The translations under genes and the position numbers were made by a program. The notes below the pieces were generated by a model. The model searched no databases. It saw only the letters and a program-made list of their open reading frames with translations, and had not been told where the DNA came from. A DNA stretch of 61,970 nucleotides, the filler included, from Choristocarpus tenellus KU-1152 (taxonomy: Eukaryota; Protista; Phaeophyceae): NCBI GenBank assembly GCA_964200185.2. It is 8 parts of 8 records of this genome, joined end to end, with 100 filler letters (N's around TTAATTAATTAA, not from the genome) between each part and the next. Parts side by side here need not be neighbours in the genome. Positions count along the whole stretch, not along the records: positions 32,265 to 43,416 come from CAXNAD020002479.1; positions 43,517 to 46,949 come from CAXNAD020020061.1; positions 47,050 to 57,302 come from CAXNAD020003037.1; 5 more parts are not named here. One strand, given 5' to 3'. This document shows positions 35,741-47,750 of the stretch, in pieces; within the stretch, counting starts at the first letter, position 1; each line of letters starts with the position of its first letter.

Positions 35741-38570
35741 ATTTCCCAGCCTGTTCTTTGGAATGGAAACGATATGCTCACTTCAGAGAAATGTTTTTGT
35801 TCTTGGCACTGGCCCAGTCCCCGTAGTCCGTCTGTATGTGCTTCACACCTAACAAAGACCGACTTGGAAGTGTCTCATTTTGACAAACGAGAAACGCAAC
35901 TGGTGTCCTATTTTGGACCTATATAGGGTTAGGGATAAGGAGGGAACTACTTCTACTCCTCCTAACAAATTGTGCTAGTTGGAATCCTTACTGGGCCTTG
36001 CCCTAACTATGGGGCGGCGCAAATTATTTAACCCCCTTGCGAAGGCGACGGATGCCCTGTCACAGAAGATCTCCCGACGGCAGGTCAAGGCTGCGATGGC
36101 GAGACAGTGGGGAACGAGACAGCATCACTGCACGGATGAATTCAATAAGCTTATGCGAGCCCTCCCCGCCCGCCAAGAGGATCTAGTAAATCCACCCCCA
36201 GAACTTCAAAACCTCTTCAATGCGCTGCAGGCTTGCGTGGAGAGTGCGGTGAGTTCTGATCTGGGACATGCTGACTTTGACGTGGTTGGCGAGTTGGTGC
36301 TATATGGGGTGCTCGGTGTGGACAAATTGTGGTTGCTGGCGATCGGAGATGGTACCCCTCAAGATTCACATTCGAATGTCTACATGGACGATGATTCCAG
36401 CGTTCAGCGCATAGTAATGAACGAGATACTTTGATTTATTGGACACCACGTTTTTTGGCCGTAAAAGGTTGAGAGTATCATGTCAAAGAAAATCTGCAAC
36501 GACACTCAACTTCATTCTCGATTGGTTTGGGGTGGGCCTAGGAAATAGGGGCACGAGGCATGTACAGGTGACAGGGCTCTGTTTTTAGTGGCATTGATCC
36601 TCTGCTGTAATATCGTTTGGGTGTCGTGTGTTACGAAGTGTTTCGTCAGCTCTTGAGCATCCAAGCCTGACTGTAGGGGAAATGTATGGTTGTGGTAACA
36701 AACATATTCCTTGCCTGACACGCGTCCCATCTATGACTCGCTCCTCATGCTCCCTTCCTTGCCCGCCTCCAGCCCAAGCAAAAAGTTTCAAATCCTATAA
36801 AGGCCATATTGTTCGAGTTGGCTTTAAAGGCGGAGCGGGAATAGCCGCGATGCACTTGCGCGTGAACCCATTGAAAAGGAACAGGCAAGGGAACAGGGCC
36901 CTGGCAGCAAGGGCACATTCCTCGCAAAATTGTTTTTTTTTTCTACTGGCTTGACGATGGAAATGGATGTATTTGTTGGAGGAAACTTGACCTGATGTGA
37001 TGGCGCCAAAGAGATCACGTGGATGGCCATTCAATGTAGCGGCCACCCTTTCCAGCTTGGGTATCATAAACGTAGGGTCGATCCCTCTGAAGGTATCCAT
37101 ATAGGGTGAGTCGGCACTTTTCCCCAACCAATGGTTGTGTCATGGTGTACACAACGTCCAGACGTAAGACCCTGCCACTTCTTCAGTTTGGGTATCATGA
37201 GTGCAGCCCTGGCGCCCCTCACTTTTGATGGCAAAAGGAACAGGATGGATGACAAGGTTGGAGTAGCTCATCTCTGCATGTCCCTTTTGTGACATTGTCA
37301 TTTTCCCTTTTATTGTTGTCATTATTTAATGGAAGGGCACAACATGTCACAGTGGGGAAGCTCAGCATTCCATTCTTTGGAATGCCCAAAATCAAGCCCA
37401 ATTGTTGTACAATTGATTTGTGCCCACCAAACCACCTGCCATGTACTTCCAGTCAATAAAAGATCATTACTCCTGGTAGGGACAGTGGAATCTTATCTGA
37501 GTGCTGTTACTGTTATTAGCTGGGATCACATATGTATGCATCTACAACACTCATAATTCATACTTTGAAATACTCAAGTATGAGAGAGGTTGCAGCAAGT
37601 CCATTCATATACATACATAATTTTGAATGTTTTGAACATATTGGTGAGTTTCCTATTTAGGCAGCCTCCTCCAGAAAAGAAGTCTTCTCCACCTGTACCT
37701 TTGTCACTGTTTTTGTATGGTGCTACTCCTGTCCTGCCTGCATCTCACACGCATATAATTGTAGTTATGGAATGATTCGATCAATACTCTAATCTCTCCT
37801 CTTCAAAATATTCCAATAATTAATAAAATGGAGTATCCCACGCAGGTTCCCCAATCCCCCTCTCAATTGCTTCACTCCTCAGTTTGCCACCAAACTACTG
37901 ACACACAAAATAATCGTACTGCAACTACAGCATCCTCTGTTATCTTCTGCCTCCATGGATGCTCATTTTTCAGACCTCCATATATTCCAAAAATTTGAGC
38001 ATTTACTCTTTCCCATCTGAGAAATGATTTCTCCACTTTGTTGTGGCTACATAATGAAAAACTCATCTACAAACTGGTTAAAGATTCTTATATTTGTACT
38101 TTTTTTCTTCTGAGGGTTCCACCACACAGGCATATTGACATTTTTCAGTCATCCTCATAGAGTTTTGTTTTTTATATGCCTGTCCCTTCGATTTGTGTGA
38201 GCTTCATAGTGATCAAGGGTCTTGAAATAGTGACGTTTTTGTTCTTAATACAACACATAGAGAAGTTAATTTTATCTACTGTATCAAATGGAAGGATTTA
38301 TACTCTTTGACATGATGGTGCATTTGCTTTTTAGTCTTGTTAATGTTTGGGCTGTAACACGTTGCATTTATACACTGCCCCAACTCACCACCTGACAAAC
38401 TCCTTTTAACATTTTTGAAGTATTGTATCTTGCTGTGCTCAACCGCCCCTACATTCCTCTTTAAATCTCTGGACTAGTCGTAGTACTTGACGAAATAGGT
38501 TCATTCGACCTATTACAATTTGCACCTATGGGCAGGCATGCTATGAGACAACCTAATGCAGTTATATGTA

Positions 38571-38830
38571 GAGTGAATGTATCTTAGAGGGTACAAGTTT
38601 CCCCCTGTTTGTCCATTTGGGGCTTGCCTTCCCATGGTCTCTTTTTGTCACATTATTCTACTCCAAAATGCTTCGGAGTAGGTAAAATGTGTACGTTATG
38701 AAAATGTGCGTCCGGAACAAGGATATTGACACTTCCTAACAAAGATGATAGCCAAAATCACATCAAAATGGCAACATTGGATTTTGGTCCCCAAATGGAC
38801 GCGGCTCTACCCTCTAAGATACTTTGGCTC
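38571..38830 (-). mobile_element. MITE family B
   Basis: Full length with both TIRs; flanked by TGTA on both sides. Confidence 0.9.
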
Positions 38831-39601
38831 TGTATGGTCAAGTTCCCCCTCCAGTAATGGTGGCACTTGAGGACAAAAGCTTCAATGCAAAGTGGTGTTT
38901 CACTAGGCACTTTCTGAGTGATTTGATTCATTGGAAGAGAGTTAACGACATGGCATCTCAAGGACAACAGCATTGACTTAGAACATGTGCACCATTTTGG
39001 TGTCAATCTGTGATGTACTAACTGCGAACATTGCTTGAACAGCTTCATTCTTACCTCTCAATTTAGCGAGCATCCCATTATGAAAGGGTCACAACACACA
39101 TAACATTCATGTTCCTTGTTCCACAACCCTGGGGATACGAAGATGTGACTAGGCTATCACTCTCTGACTTACCATCAACAGCCATCAGAGTTCCTCCACA
39201 AATAGAAAGGTACAGTGGGTGGGGGAAGAAGGTGAAAAACATTCATTCCCTCAGTCTACAAAAACTCATCCCACAAGCACTATCACACAAAGCACACACA
39301 CCATATGTTCTCTCAATCAAGGACCCCCCAAAACCTCCTCCACAGTGTAAAGGTAGATAAGAGCTCTTGATCAAAATAATCAATTTGCTCACAACAAAGA
39401 AAACAATGGGGAGATTAGCAGCCCCCAACCAGTCAGTAAGGTCTCTCTCTACATGCATAAACTCTTAAATTCTCATTTGTACCATCAAACAGAAGATGAA
39501 AAACCAGTGTCTGTCCTGTCGTACATCAACAATCAAATATGTACCTAGCCCTAGCCCCACCCTCATCCCATCCTACACAAACCTCGACCCTGCTGGGAAC
39601 C

Positions 39602-42600
39602 TCATGAATCCAAGAGGTTGTCAAGGTCATCGTCAGACCAGTTGGCACCATCATCTCCCTTTTACCACAAGGAGGACAGGGCATACCAAAGGAAGGGGAA
39701 GGGAGGTAGGAAGGGGTGGGGAGATTGTGGGCTGGGAACACAAGCAGGGGTCTTATCATTCTGTAAGCAAGCAAACAAGTGATGTCGGTGAAGTAAAAAA
39801 TAAATGCTACATGACAATCTTTGAAGAGACTTCTTGACAATATTTCTCAGGCCTTATTAGATGTATCAAATGGATTCCCCCTTGTATGCCTTTCAACATG
39901 AAAAAAAGTAGACTACACATTTTACCAGTAACTCACACTTCGGACCACTCTGGAATAGACTCGTCTATACACCACTCCTGATTGGGTGAGGAACAACACA
40001 TACAAACCACTTGAACACAAAAGGTCATGGGTTGTGAGGGTGTGCAAATCATCAGTCATGTATTTATACTTTACCCTTGAACGCTTAACCAAACAACAAA
40101 TCCACATTTGAAAACTTCTACAATTTCTGCCTGGTGAAGAACTCCCACCTCCACGAGCATGTACTAGTTGTATGTGGGTATGAAATGAATGTTACCCTTC
40201 AATATGTCCATACAACTCTTCAGGTGAGAGATGTAAAATCAGCATGAAGCTGGGTGGGGTTATGATTTATGCTACTCACTGCTTATTCTTTATCACGTCC
40301 TGGATTAATCTGTTCTAGCCCTAGGCGGCATCTAGTCATCAAGCCACTGCTATAAATCCATGTACTTTTGTAGGATGATCAGTTATGCACCACGGACTCC
40401 CTATTCAAACTGCAGGGTATTTGGGTCATCTTCCATCAAAGCGTGACTTTTTCCTGTACAAAATGTGGGCGGTGAAGACCCGGGGCATACAAGCCTTTTC
40501 CTCAATTTTTTCTTTTGTGAAACCACGACAGAGCAACAAGACTTGTTTGTGCCACACCATTCACTGAGCCAACTCAAGCATAAGCCGCCTACATTTCTAG
40601 CAAAGAAACCCTAACCCTAACCCCCAAACACACCTCAACTTGCACTGCAATCACCAAAAGGAGTAGTGACAGGAACGGATCAATCAGTGGAATTTAACTT
40701 CTTTTTTTTTAATATTGTTTTTTTACGCATGCAATATTTTCACCACATAGCAGAACTATAAACCACCCACAAGTGGAACTAAACCGGCGGTCCGGCCAGA
40801 CCCTTTACCCGTCCCCATCGATTCAATCCTAACCCTAGCCCTAAACTTAAACCTAAGAAGAGTGCAATGCACATCAGGCGATAGAGGGAGTCCACCCTTT
40901 TGTCAAGCACGAGTCCTTCTCAGGACGTAAGCGCAATAAATGACACTACCTACCTCCATTCAACATGTAAGACAGTTTAATCGACTAAGTATCGTTCATC
41001 GTAAGATGTCCTCAATCCATCACCTATTCAAAAAAATAATAATGGAAAACGTGATTGCTCAACAGAACAGAATCGAGAAAGATCTCTGTGATGTCGACAC
41101 TGCTCTATACCCTCAAGCAAAACGCCAACATACTTATAGACGCTACCGGTGATGACATCATTTTCCTGTAAGATCTACATCGTCTATCATACCCTGAAAC
41201 AGTAGCAGGAAAAAAAACACACGCCCATGTCCAAATTCAACTCCAGTGTGAAGTGGGCGGCGTTCCATTGGCGGGAAGATCGTGTTCTGTTTTTGTTTTC
41301 TAATATTTCTCAACACCTGGTTCTTCCGACTGCACCCAAAAAGTGGCACATTGTAGTAAATACTCCCGATTAGTTCGTCGCACTAAGAATTAAACAAGAA
41401 GAGCACCAGACTAACCTTGCCACAAACTAATGTATGACCCTGGAGGAACGATCTGACAAGACAGTCCGTGCTTCTGCTATTGCCCCCCTCGCTTTGTTTG
41501 CTTATACATATTGAGATGGATCAAGAACGTAAGAAGCCTTCAACACCACTTTCATAGTGGGAAGAGGAGCACTACTACAGCAACATCCCAAACACATGCA
41601 AATAGAACCGTCTCCTTACCTCCACTTCAACAGCCCCAAAAGAACAACGTGAATTTTTTGGCTGCGCCTGCGACCGCTGTGGGGGGGGTCTGCCACTAAA
41701 TGTGGGCTTGGCCTCAATACCCAGCTCCTGCAGGGAGGGAGTACACCCGAGGGAGTACACCCGAGGGAGTACACCCGAAAAACAAAAACGGGATGGAAGA
41801 GCCAGTGCCAAGAAAGACAGATGCAAGGTAGCATACGAGTGAAGGGAGACATGCTTCTAAATAAGCAAAGGAAAGTAACAAATAGGCATCATCAAGCCTC
41901 TGCACATGCAACCTGGGAACTCTGGGCAGCTACAGCTGGGATGCAGATACATTCTACAGTCGAGTCTCCTTCCAAGCGGCAAACCTGGACACATTGAACA
42001 TATCGCCAAGCAAAGAAAGCACCTAGAAAACAGCTGCGAGCATTCTGCCTCACCAGCCCAGTACTTGAAGCAGAGGGCTTATCATATCAGAAAAAAAAAG
42101 AAAACAGAAAAAAAGCTCTCTTTTGTTCCCCTCCCTCGTCCCCCTTCGCTCAGTTCATCAACAGCATCCTACCTCTCTTTTTTGTCACCAACATTCATCA
42201 GTCACACTAAAAACAAGAGCAAAGCAACAACTCACCGCAAAAAGATCATCATCAGGTAAGATCCCCGGTGCGTCAATATGGGAAACAGTCCCCTTCCCCT
42301 GTATCTTTCTGGCAGCTCTGCCACTATTATCCACCACATTTCCAGATGAAACACCCCCCCTCACGCCTCGCAATGTTGTAGACTCTGCTCTGCTACCACC
42401 TACGCTTAGCCCATTGTCCAGAGATATGCTTGTCATAGGAGCTGAAGAAGCAATTCCACCTACCCCCATTCCCAACCCCGAAGTAAGATGCGAACCAGAG
42501 TCTACTTGAGACTTCAAAGTTGCGGTCAGTGGTGCCATCTCAATGTCAGAACCCTCCCCAGTTTCCCAGTCCCAATTATCCCCTCCAGTGCCATCTGACT

Positions 42601-43416
42601 CCTGCCCTGTGGGAACCCTGTTATGGAACGAGTTGGGTGCATGGCCCAACAAAGTATAGAGACCATGCATAGGAGCAAAGGGGTAAGTAGGTGGGTGGGG
42701 AAAGCATAAGCCATCAATCGAAATCACAAAAAAATCACACATGAGTCTATACTACCATATTCCCTGGTAGTGGAGGGCGTGTCCTATCACCAACTTCACA
42801 GGAATATAACAGTGGGGGAAGTGACTTGAACAGTCCACAAAATGACCAAACAAACTGAAAGGTCACCTTGCCACAATCTCGCACCAGCCAACTCCTTTTA
42901 GCACAAATGTGACACCAAGGTAACAGGGGAAGAAGGAACACTGGAGCGCAAAAGAGCAATGTGCCCTGCCATTTAAACCCTCGCAAGCCCTCTGTTCCAA
43001 CAACTTATATTCTATAGGGGATGTGTGCATAGGGAGAACAAAGGGGACAAGGTTTAGGAAGTGAAAGTGCAACACACTTACTCGACATAGTTGGACCCTG
43101 TATTCTCGGCCTTAGAGCGCTGCCGACACTGTACACAAATCCCCACAAGACCAAGCAGCACAGCCACCATCACAAGGACCCCCATTACAAGGAAATAAGG
43201 TGGGCTATCCATGCCCATCACCCCCCCTCTCCCCTCTTGCTTCGCTTGTGATGGTACCAGTGAAGGCAAGGAATCTTCACAGGTCTCAATTGCATCCAAA
43301 GGAAGGGGAAGACCGACCTCAACACAGCTGCCCCCATATTGTGAGTCCCTGACACGCCAGGTGCAGCCAAGGGGCCCATTTTCCCTTCCCTCACTGTTGG
43401 CATCCAGGCAGTCAAT
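39602..43416 (-). CDS. Single-pass membrane protein, 5'-partial: PSI-like Cys motif, TM helix, acidic Trp-motif tail; exons 43416-43082, 42617-42236, 41727-41620, 39658-39602
   Basis: Phase-consistent GT-AG exons: DCL..GCTW..GSC; FLVMGVLVMVAVLLGLVGICV; DNWDWE; DDDLFA|ELGIEAKPTF; GDDGANWSDDDLDNLLDS*. Last exon least certain. Confidence 0.65.
41737..41778 (+). repeat. Perfect 14-bp tandem repeat (GGGAGTACACCCGA)x3
   Basis: Read directly; lies 7 nt from the minus-strand acceptor AG at 41729-41728. Confidence 0.9.
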
Positions 43417-43516
43417 NNNNNNNNNNNNNNNNNNNNNNNNNNNNNNNNNNNNNNNNNNNNTTAATTAATTAANNNNNNNNNNNNNNNNNNNNNNNNNNNN
43501 NNNNNNNNNNNNNNNN

Positions 43517-43839
43517 CATCCATGATTCCACTGGCGGGCCTTCCGTCAGAATGAAACCATGGAATCTCTTCACGAGACCAATTCCACAGACTGGGAAAAC
43601 TCGTCATTCAGAGTTGTCACACATGGAAGATCAACTTTTTTCTCACGTCTTGACTTGTGGTGATAAAGCCCCATCTTTGAAGATGCTTGCTTATCACTCC
43701 TCAATTTGCACTTGTCCAACCTTAACCTCGTACCCTCCGTTACGGCTCGTCTTTGTTCGTCTGGTCCGTCTTGCCCGGTGATTCTCTTCGTCACCCTTGC
43801 CTCAGTGAACCATGCCGCCACAGAATCACACGATTCACA
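43517..43839 (+). repeat. LTR 3' portion (solo or 3' LTR) ending ...CGATTCACA
   Basis: Homologous to 28470-28600 and 23050-23360(-); ends in CA, followed by unrelated AT-rich DNA. Confidence 0.65.
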
Positions 43840-44215
43840 ATAAAGATATCTTAAAAAGAACTATTTCGGTATTTAATGAGATGAAACGCCTTCGACGTCG
43901 AATCATTTTGAAGGAGAAGAACAATAGTATGATTCTGTATTTTTTTATCATGTACTTTTTTTTGTCTTGGTTTTCTTTCCATCTCATATCACTACAATTG
44001 AAAAGAATGGAAAGAGTTGGATGGATATATGATTCTACAGATTAGTATATGTACCTTTCTCATCTACCAATAACCAATATCTTTTGATGCGAATCCATGG
44101 ATACTGTAACATGCTCGAATAATGTCAGAGGGCATAATAATATATTATGAATGTTAATGCTTTGTCACATTTTTGTAGATGTATCAGGGGGAAATAAATG
44201 AAAACTATACATATA

Positions 44216-44347
44216 TCAGTATAAGCCCTAAACAAATAAATACATCTCACTTCTATTCCAACATGAATTTTTTATCACCTATTTATATTTAGTGTTTTAT
44301 AGTGGTTTCACATTTATGATATTTTATCTATTTAGGGCTTATACTGA
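44216..44347. repeat. Inverted repeat (17-bp perfect arms, ~30 bp imperfect) in AT-rich DNA
   Basis: TCAGTATAAGCCCTAAA (44216-44232) / TTTAGGGCTTATACTGA (44331-44347). Confidence 0.8.
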
Positions 44348-44750
44348 CATATATTAAGTATACAGTATGATATTAGTTAGTAGTAATGTGTATGTATTAA
44401 TACCACTTAAGTATTCAACTACAACAATAGTCTAAATCTCCAAATACTTCAAATACAAACGTTAAAATGACAGTACAAACAGCGTTTGATTCTTACAGTG
44501 AATAGTTCTACTTATTTTTACAGGTAAGAGATAGAGGTGTGTATAATAGGTGATCTTGCATTTATGTATCACCTGTCCACAGATCTATTGTAGTTCGGTC
44601 CAGATCTTAGAGTGAGACCTCAAAGCGTCCTACAATTACTCTGCCAGCACATCGTTTGTCATTTGGCACACGTTGTGTGCCACCTATTCTTTGCATTTGA
44701 AACTCAAGCAGTTACAAGATCCACAACACACCCACCACATGTTTGTTACA

Positions 44751-45300
44751 ATGGTCAAATTTACGGTCGCTGCCCTCTTGGGGCGACTGCTGTTCAGTTG
44801 TCCACAGGTCGGGCAGGATGCGGCGGCCATTAGCGTCACTTGGGCTGGAGGGACTTGGGGAAGTTTGCTTCTTTTCCTTGTCTGCGCTCTCCCCCTCGCG
44901 GTGGTCCTCGGTTTCATCTTATCGGGAAGGAGCGACGACGGGAGCGATGCGGAGGGAGATGGAAAGCTGGTCCTCATTTCAGGTTGCGATTTCGGGTGAG
45001 ATTGGTCCCAACATACAGGACAAACAAGGATTGAATAGTTGCTGCATCCCTTCCATGTGGTAGCTATTCCTGAGGTAGTTTGTCGATGTAATTGAGAGTA
45101 CGGAGCTTGCGAGACGTGCTTCATTCTGCTCTCACCTTATAGCTCTATCCTGATTTAGGATCGGAAACCTGGCGGCGAAGACTCTACACAAAAAAGGTTA
45201 CAAGGTGGTGGCAGGCTGCCTAACAGTCAACGGGGTTGAGGATCTTCGGCGGGAGTGTCCTGGAGTCATTGCTATGAAGTGTGATGTAACCAAGGAGCAG
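44751..45300 (+). CDS. Membrane-anchored short-chain dehydrogenase/reductase (RDH/BDH1-like), 3'-partial; exons 44751-44995, 45159-45300
   Basis: TM segment, then VLISGCDFG|IGNLAAKTLHKKGYKVVAGCLT...CDVTKE (Rossmann GxxxGxG). Confidence 0.88.
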
Positions 45301-46874
45301 GTTCGATACGAATGATGTGACATGTTCTTGATGTGTGTCTGGGTTCGGCTTTGGCGATATGTTACCCTCATGTATCATAAAACGACGTCGTGCTAGGTTG
45401 AAATCTCCACATCTAGCGTAGGACGCTCCCTTAGTCTAAGATATGGATAGATATGTGTGAGATCTTACTAAGAACCCTGAAACTTGCCCAAGAGTCAGCG
45501 AAGAATAGCAGGAACCTAAGGCGATCCTCCCTGTGAAGTTTTCGAAATATTTTTCAGAGAAGAACCTTGAATGGTATATTCCACAACCACATATATAGGT
45601 AGGTTAGTGTGCGATAATCCTGATCTTCTGGTCTCTGCTATGGGGCTGAAATAACAATATACGTGTATGGGGAGGTACGCTTACTTGCTGTTTTTCCTTT
45701 CATGCCATCTACTTTCGTTCTGTCCCACTTCCAATCATTTACACTGCAATAGGCTTCCCATCATCATAATATCTTATTTTCCTCCCCCCTTCTGGTGAAT
45801 CCTCTTCCAAAGATAACCTTCACTTCGTCAATCGCTTGCGAGACCTAATTGATGGGCTTGATCAACCCTAACTCCTACTCCATGACGCTTCTACCACTAG
45901 TAGGAGTTGTATGTGAGAGTCCCTACTATCAGCTATTGTTTTGTTATTCTACACTGTGCACGATATCTTAAACACTACTGTATGTACGGCATCCTACTGT
46001 GCAGTGATTTTCATCTTCAACCCCCAGTACACTGCTGTTGTGCTCTATATATACCCTCCTCTGTGCACACGAAGATCTTTCTTAACTCATTTTTGTATGT
46101 TTTTTTAGATAGTCTGATGTTGTGACACTCTCTGGTAGAGTGTCCTTGTAGCTCAGTGGCTAATGGACTGTTCCCTGCGTACATTTCGGGGTTGGAACAC
46201 GACACTAGCCTATTCTGTTTTTGATAATTCAAAGTTCATGTGGCGAGCACTACGTCTCGTACACCTGTACTGTCTTATCTGCCGCAACACAACAAAACGA
46301 AGGAAACCAAGAATGATGTGGAGCTGAGTCCATCACAGGATTCGAGAGAGGAAGCGAGCAAAGATTGGTGGGACTACTGAACCCAATGAAAAAAAGTAAC
46401 CCAAGAATGGAGGAAGTACAATTAGTCACATTGCAGCAGTTAGTTGCCAATATGAGACGTAGTGCGGAGTGTGTATTGCCTCTGATCATGGACCAGGATA
46501 GCCTCTGGTAGAACAACATATCCTTTAAGAAAAAAGCACCCAATAGCGCAAACTTCCCTCTTGTAGGTGTTGCAGATTGCTGATATTTCCTAAAGATTGC
46601 AGTGCCTGCCCTGACAAACTTCTTCACCTGAAGCTGACATTAAGATTTCACATATTGCTTTGAGATCGCTTAGTATGTCTCCCACAAAAGGTATGCTCAA
46701 CCATCAACATCTCAATATATAAGGGATGGCAGAGCCCATTAATAGTCCAATGACATATTGGGCAGATATAACATTAATTTTTATCGGTGGTACATGTTTT
46801 GCAGCTGCCCATGTCAAAAACCCAAATTAGTCATTTCTCCACTCTATCAAGGCTTCACAATTTTTTCTCAAAGA

Positions 46875-46949
46875 GAGTAAAACTATCTTAGAGGGTACAA
46901 TTTTTCCCTGTTAGTCCATTTGTGGGGCTTGGCTTACCATGGGGTTTTT
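46875..46949 (-). mobile_element. MITE family B, truncated by gap
   Basis: GAGTAAAACTATCTTAGAGGGTAC...GTCCATT terminus. Confidence 0.75.
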
Positions 46950-47049
46950 NNNNNNNNNNNNNNNNNNNNNNNNNNNNNNNNNNNNNNNNNNNNTTAATTA
47001 ATTAANNNNNNNNNNNNNNNNNNNNNNNNNNNNNNNNNNNNNNNNNNNN

Positions 47050-47106
47050 CCCCAATGGACCCCCCGGCGGTACCCCCCCCCCCCCCCCCCCCAGATACTT
47101 TGGGTC
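47050..47106 (+). mobile_element. MITE family A terminus, truncated by gap
   Basis: CCCCAGATACTTTGGGTC end. Confidence 0.7.
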
Positions 47107-47750
47107 TAGGGTTCATTTTTGGGTGAGAAAACATATTTTCTGACATTGAAGTGCCTGGACAAAACATGATCATATCCAGGGAATACATTTTTCCAAATCC
47201 TGAGGTTCTGACAGGTGACCTACAGAAAAATTGAGCATTTAGGCGATCACCATCACAAGAAAACACCTGTCTGCGAGCAGTTTGATGTCATATTCTGAAT
47301 AATTAAACAAGTAAACCCCCAATTTTGCTGCCATTAAGCAAATACCCTCTTGGCAGCAATGTGCCGCTGACCAAACTGCTGCAACATACTTAGTTGCCAT
47401 AGTCACCTCTAGGTAAGAGACTAAGTGGGCAAACTGGTCAGGAGGGGAGGAGAAGATATAAGTGTCGAGGTGATATATGTGTGTGTGTGTGTGTGTGTGT
47501 ATGTATTTAAGGAATCAATGCTTCATTAGCTCTAGAAAAATGTGTGTGAAACAATTCTACAGCACCTGTAGGTAGAAGGATCTCCTTCTCCCCCCCTATC
47601 GGTTTCAAAAGAGATCTTGCTCTTGAGTACGGAGAAGATACAAATTGAAGGTGAGGTGAAAAGGAAACACTGTTACTTTGAGAGGAACGTGATGGGAGAC
47701 TAGGAAGGGAAGAGATGAGGACTAAGATGGCGTAAAGAGAGAGAGGTTAC

